Shown here one piece after another: positions 59,729 to 64,000 of a stretch of DNA of 64,000 nucleotides. The notes below the pieces were generated by a model that searched no databases, was not told where the DNA came from, and saw nothing but the letters and a program-made list of their open reading frames with translations. Within the stretch, counting starts at the first letter, position 1, and each line of letters starts with the position of its first letter. Made by a program: the position numbers and the translations under genes. This DNA is from Myxococcota bacterium (GTDB taxonomy: Bacteria > Myxococcota_A > SURF-8), in assembly GCA_963674735.2 (NCBI GenBank), contig CAXXQS010000002.1, forward strand, positions 1,088,001-1,152,000, written 5' to 3'.

Positions 59729-60895
59729 TTATTTTTCCGGTTTGGTGTCGCGGTCTTCCGGGGTTTCTTTGAGATACTCGCCGTAATAGCGTTCCGCGCA
59801 ATCCGGGCACATGCTGTGGCTGAATTCGGCTCCCGAATGCTCGTGCAGGTAGTTTTCGATCTGATTCCAATAACCTTTGTCGTCGCGAATTTTCTTGCAG
59901 GCAGCGCAAATGGGCAGAAGGCCGTGCAACTGCTTGATGCGATCAACCTTTTCCTGTAAATCCCGAACCAGGCTCTCGCGCTCACGCTCCAGTCTTTTGC
60001 GGACCGTCAAATCGGTCAGGATGATCAGTATGCCTTTGAACTTCTCACTTACATCCAGAAGCTCGGACAGCTTGACTTCGAATATTTTATCCGCACCGAA
60101 GAGCTTGACGGCGATTTCAAGGTTCTCGTCTTGTTTTCGCCCCTCCCGCAAAATCCCGACCGACTCCACCAGCCAAGGATAAACGTCCCCGAATTCCTGC
60201 CCGATCAGGCTCTCTCCGGATTCGCCGATCAATTGACCTTTCGCCTGCTCCAAAAGACCGTGCCGATAATAGGACGATCCGGGAAAAATGGAAAGATCGA
60301 TGAGACGGGCGGCTTCGTGATTGAAATTGCGGATTTTCCAGTCGGAATCCACCAGGATAATGGGGCTTGAGTGGCTTTCGAATGCTGTCAGGTAGATGTT
60401 TTTTTCGTTGGTCATCTGCCGGTTGCTGGCCTGCAACTCTTCGATCCGCTTCTGTTCGTTTCGATTATTCCACTCCACGACAAAAGCGATTTCGATCCGA
60501 TCGAAAATCAATTCGATGCTACGCCGGTAGTCGCGATAACGAGGGAAGGTAACCAGTTTCTCATCGATAAAATCGAGATAGCTCAGTTGATAATATTTGT
60601 ATAAACCCAGAAACATTGACAGATTGATACCGCGTTCCCGGTGCCGCCGGGCTTCCAACACACCAAAAGCCGCCGCCGGATCGGCCAGATAATCGTCGTC
60701 CGCGTTCAACTCGGGAGGGAAATCGCAATGCTGCAGGCTATCGGCAATGGAGCAGGTCAAACCGGCAATGGACAACCGCCAGGCCTCTTCCAAGGTCGAC
60801 GTATATTGAGCGTAATCATACAGTTTCGCGTAGTGTAGAATACGCTCGATCAGCCAGTTTTCCCCTTGTTGCAGTTGTTTGATCAGTAGTCGCAT
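59729..60895 (-). CDS. PAS-domain signalling protein with C-terminal CxxC..CxxC domain
   Basis: Helical sensor N-terminus, PAS, GLLPICAACKKIRDDKGYW..FSHSMCPDC. Confidence 0.8.
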   Translation of the reverse strand: MRLLIKQLQQGENWLIERILHYAKLYDYAQYTSTLEEAWRLSIAGLTCSIADSLQHCDFPPELNADDDYLADPAAAFGVLEARRHRERGINLSMFLGLYKYYQLSYLDFIDEKLVTFPRYRDYRRSIELIFDRIEIAFVVEWNNRNEQKRIEELQASNRQMTNEKNIYLTAFESHSSPIILVDSDWKIRNFNHEAARLIDLSIFPGSSYYRHGLLEQAKGQLIGESGESLIGQEFGDVYPWLVESVGILREGRKQDENLEIAVKLFGADKIFEVKLSELLDVSEKFKGILIILTDLTVRKRLERERESLVRDLQEKVDRIKQLHGLLPICAACKKIRDDKGYWNQIENYLHEHSGAEFSHSMCPDCAERYYGEYLKETPEDRDTKPEK

Positions 60896-60988
60896 GAAGG
60901 ATGCCTACAATTCAATGGTGATTTCGTATTTTAATTCCTTTCAAAGTGGAAAACAATCACTATTTGGTGATTAAAAAATTCCAGTCCG

Positions 60989-61507
60989 CTATTTCCGCAA
61001 CCGCCCCGGTTTCATCAACTCAAATGCGGGTATCACACGAAGTGTCGTCACCTTCCAGCTTTTATCGTCAAGCGCCAGGCGTCCGGAGACGGCCAGCTGA
61101 GCCTGTGAAACGCCCGTTGCCTTTGCGCTTCCGCGCCGCCAGGTCAAGCGGACCTCCACCTCGGCCAGCCCTTCCGTGGGAAGCGTCACGTCCACGCTTT
61201 TCAGATCGATTTCCGAACCGTTGATCATGGAAACATAGGCTCGCGTGGCGGCCAGGAACGCGGCTCGATCCTCGGGACCGAAAACCATTTTGTGGCCGCG
61301 CACATCCAAACGGAACCCGAATTCGTCCAGATTGATGAAATCCAGATAAGCCTCGGCCTCGCGGGTCGTTAATTGAGCCGCCATGCGCTCGATGAAAGCC
61401 GCCACCCGCTCCTCGTCGCTTTCGACCAGGAAATCGACGGTCAACCATCCACCCACGGCAATAATCGCTCCGGCAATCACGATCAGGACAGGCATGTTCA
61501 GGCGCAT
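60989..61507 (-). CDS. Hypothetical membrane-anchored protein (NTF2-like)
   Basis: N-terminal TM, SDEERV, C-terminal WKV. Confidence 0.55.
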   Translation of the reverse strand: MRLNMPVLIVIAGAIIAVGGWLTVDFLVESDEERVAAFIERMAAQLTTREAEAYLDFINLDEFGFRLDVRGHKMVFGPEDRAAFLAATRAYVSMINGSEIDLKSVDVTLPTEGLAEVEVRLTWRRGSAKATGVSQAQLAVSGRLALDDKSWKVTTLRVIPAFELMKPGRLRK

Positions 61508-61740
61508 GGATATCCCTTTCACATGGTGAAAATCCGATTACTATCATAGACCTTCGGCGTTTGTTCGACAAGCGTCCATCCCAAAAGACAACGCGAACCG
61601 TGTTAAATACGCGATCCGGTACTTGACATCGCCCCAAAGAACGTTATTTTCTATGAGTTATGGAATGAACCGGACCTGGAAATGCTCTTTGGATACCGGG
61701 GATTCTTTCTTAGGACCGTGCAATCAAGGAGAGTGATTAT

Positions 61741-62067
61741 ATGAGTGAACTCGTCAAACATGTCACCGACGCGGATTTCGACCAGGAAGTGCTGAAGTCA
61801 GACACCCTTACACTGGTGGATTTCTGGGCTCCCTGGTGTGGTCCATGTAAATTTGTGGGCCCGGTAATCGATGAACTGGCACCCGAATACAGTGGAAAGG
61901 TAAACTTCACCAAAGTCAACACCGATGAAAATCAGCAAGTTGCGATGAAATACGGCATCCGTTCCATTCCGACATTGCTGCTCATCAAAAACGGTCAGGT
62001 GGTCGACACGCGTATCGGCGCTCTTCCCAAAGATCAGTTGAAGGCTTTCCTCGACGCGAGCCTGTAA
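61741..62067 (+). CDS. trxA: Thioredoxin
   Basis: [16 protein letters not shown]. Confidence 0.97.
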   Translation: MSELVKHVTDADFDQEVLKSDTLTLVDFWAPWCGPCKFVGPVIDELAPEYSGKVNFTKVNTDENQQVAMKYGIRSIPTLLLIKNGQVVDTRIGALPKDQLKAFLDASL

Positions 62068-62077
62068 TTCGCCTGTT

Positions 62078-62112
62078 AAAAAAAACGGCCCCCTACTTGT
62101 GGGGGCCTTTTT
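62078..62112. terminator. Bidirectional intrinsic terminator
   Basis: A8-C-GGCCCC..GGGGCC-T5 between convergent trxA and cheX. Confidence 0.8.
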
Positions 62113-62134
62113 CGTGGGATCCACCTCGCTACGG

Positions 62135-62599
62135 CTAGTTCGATTTAGCTAGGCAAATCAACAGGTTGAATTCTCCAATTCCCGTTGCATCGAAGGTCAC
62201 CTCGAAAAGCGGGACATCGCGTGGCAGGGAAATCAGCAATGGATCGCCCACGATGACCGATGGCAGCGACATGGTCAGTTGATAACCGACGACCTTGCTT
62301 TTGGCGCCGGCGATGATGTTGATCAATTCGCCGGCGGCATCACAAGCGGCCTCATCGAGGGCAAGAATATCTTCCCCGAGAAACTGGCTAAGCGCTTTGA
62401 GCGCAGTCGCTTCCGGCATACTGATGGCCACCGTCCCCTGCATATCGCCGGAGATACCGATCAACGAATACACTCCCGCTTGGCGGTGGCGCGGATTCGC
62501 AGCCTGGATATCTTTGAGATCTAGAGTGATATCCATCATGGAATCGAAGGTTTCGCGTGTCAAATCGATAAACGGCTTAATAATCGCTTTGATATCCAT
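62135..62599 (-). CDS. cheX: Chemotaxis phosphatase CheX
   Basis: IGISG...G, DAAGELINIIAG (ExxN), SLPSVIVG. Confidence 0.88.
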   Translation of the reverse strand: MDIKAIIKPFIDLTRETFDSMMDITLDLKDIQAANPRHRQAGVYSLIGISGDMQGTVAISMPEATALKALSQFLGEDILALDEAACDAAGELINIIAGAKSKVVGYQLTMSLPSVIVGDPLLISLPRDVPLFEVTFDATGIGEFNLLICLAKSN

Positions 62600-62807
62600 C
62601 CACTTCCTCGTTCGTGTTGAAGTTCCCGTGATCCGGTGCAGACCGGAAGTAGCCGGGAAAATGGCGAGATTTGCCGCCTATTCCATTAATCGGCTTTCAG
62701 ACACGAAGCTGAAGTAAAAAAAAAGTGGCGGGTCCTGTGGTTGCTTTCCGCTGAAAAATCCGCTATGACTAAAAGCGTCGATCAAGTCCGAAATTAAGGA
62801 GACTACG

Positions 62808-63440
62808 ATGAAAATCGAGAAAGACCGATACATTCGTTTTACGTTCACTTTCACCAATGAAGACGGCGAAACGGTTTATCAAAGCGACCCGGAAGCCTCC
62901 CCCTGGTATATCCATGGTCACGGGCTGATCATGCCCGTTCTGGAGGAAAAGCTGGCCGGTCACGAAGAAGGGGATCGCTTTACCTTCGACCTGACACCCG
63001 AGCAATCCTTCGGGTCGCATTATGAAAACCTCCTTTTCGAGGCCGAGAAATCCCAGCTCCCCTCCGACCTCGACATGGAATTGGGTTGCGGTGTAGAGAT
63101 CGAAATGCAAAGCGGCGACCGTATGCTGGCTTATATCGTCGAAATTAAAGACGAAACCGTGATTCTGGACGGCAACCACCCTCTGGCGGGAATGGACTTG
63201 ACCTGCACCTTGAATGTAGAAGAGGTTCGCGAACCGAGCGAAGAGGAAAAACTCGAATTGAACCGCTATCAGTCCCAGCGTCAGCAGGAAGGGCTGTATA
63301 CCATGGAGTTCGGCCCAGAGGATCCCAATGAAGAAGCCTCATCCGAAGCTGGCTGCGGCTGTGGCTGCAGCTGTTCCTCCGCACCCGTCATTCCCCAAGC
63401 CATCCAAACACCGAAGGACGACAAGGGCGACACTAAATAA
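62808..63440 (+). CDS. slyD: FKBP-type PPIase, SlyD family
   Basis: YIHG.G, LE..L.G, PEQSFG, DGNHPLAG; Cys-rich tail. Confidence 0.88.
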   Translation: MKIEKDRYIRFTFTFTNEDGETVYQSDPEASPWYIHGHGLIMPVLEEKLAGHEEGDRFTFDLTPEQSFGSHYENLLFEAEKSQLPSDLDMELGCGVEIEMQSGDRMLAYIVEIKDETVILDGNHPLAGMDLTCTLNVEEVREPSEEEKLELNRYQSQRQQEGLYTMEFGPEDPNEEASSEAGCGCGCSCSSAPVIPQAIQTPKDDKGDTK

Positions 63441-63550
63441 CTGAATTCACTAATCGATTTAGTGTTTTGTTGCGGGTCTTGTACGTGGATGGGTACGTTC
63501 GCGGCGAATCCTGAACGAGGTGTTTATTTTCAATTCATCCAAACGACCGA

Positions 63551-63973
63551 ATGCACCGTGATCTGGAAGGAATTGAAATCATGATTTCATACAAAATCAT
63601 TGCCGAACACCAGTTGCTTATCACCACCAATGAAGGTGAAACGCCGATCGACGAACTCCTTGAGTTTATCAGCCGCCTCCGGCAGAATCCGGCTTTCTCG
63701 ATGATTACCAAAATCATCTCCGATTCGCGTCGCTTGAAAACGGAATACAATCGTGGTGATATCGAACGGATAATCGCGGTTCAATCCCAAGCCTCTGCGA
63801 AACACGAGCTAAAACGAGTCATCTTAACCGCTCCCGGACTGAATTACGGCCTGGGGCGTATGTATGAAATGATGAGCGAAAACAAGTTACCCATTGATAC
63901 GCTGGCAACCGATGATCCGAATGAAGCCCTTGAATTTCTTGGCGTATCTGGGATTGACCTCGACAACCTGTAA
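63551..63973 (+). CDS. Hypothetical protein (STAS/SpoIIAA-like)
   Basis: ISDSR, YGLGRMYE, EALEFLG; start may be 63581. Confidence 0.6.
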   Translation: MHRDLEGIEIMISYKIIAEHQLLITTNEGETPIDELLEFISRLRQNPAFSMITKIISDSRRLKTEYNRGDIERIIAVQSQASAKHELKRVILTAPGLNYGLGRMYEMMSENKLPIDTLATDDPNEALEFLGVSGIDLDNL

Positions 63974-64000
63974 TCCAACGGTTCCCCCACTCACTCGCCT

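Noticed and set aside
62600-62700. c-di-GMP riboswitch upstream of cheX
   Set aside because: Hairpins present but no GEMM consensus recognised

Overview
GC-rich bacterial chromosome segment. The FHA-GAF sigma54 activator, Cys-rich lipoproteins and Bat operon suggest a deltaproteobacterial/Myxococcota-like host (inference). The standout is a compact, apparently intact ~17.3 kb minus-strand phage morphogenesis cluster (6003-23256) embedded among host genes. It runs terminase small/large, portal, scaffold, epsilon15/BPP-1-like capsid, cement/decoration proteins, adaptor, tail terminator, tail tube, G/GT chaperones with an intact -1 frameshift, a 240-aa mini tape measure, distal tail, hub, three paralogous tip proteins and a holin-like gene. 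I see no integrase, repressor, replication genes, endolysin or att repeats. It is preceded by eight GGAGC-like motifs phased at exactly 10 bp, a sigma70-like promoter and an intrinsic terminator just before the first RBS, with further hairpins/terminators inside. This fits a candidate new gene-transfer-agent (GTA)-like, antitermination-controlled domesticated phage. The rest holds a PEGA/TPR/sigma54 signalling locus, plsC, rpe, a 7-gene uncharacterised membrane operon (DUF6754-like), a lipase-N-like lipoprotein with fadL, mobA, a full polyamine operon, aroE, a Kazal-repeat protein, bamD, moxR-bat, tRNA-Arg-tadA-2x tRNA-Ser-ffs-dnaX-ybaB-recR, trxA, cheX and slyD. All family assignments are by eye from motifs and synteny; no database was searched.
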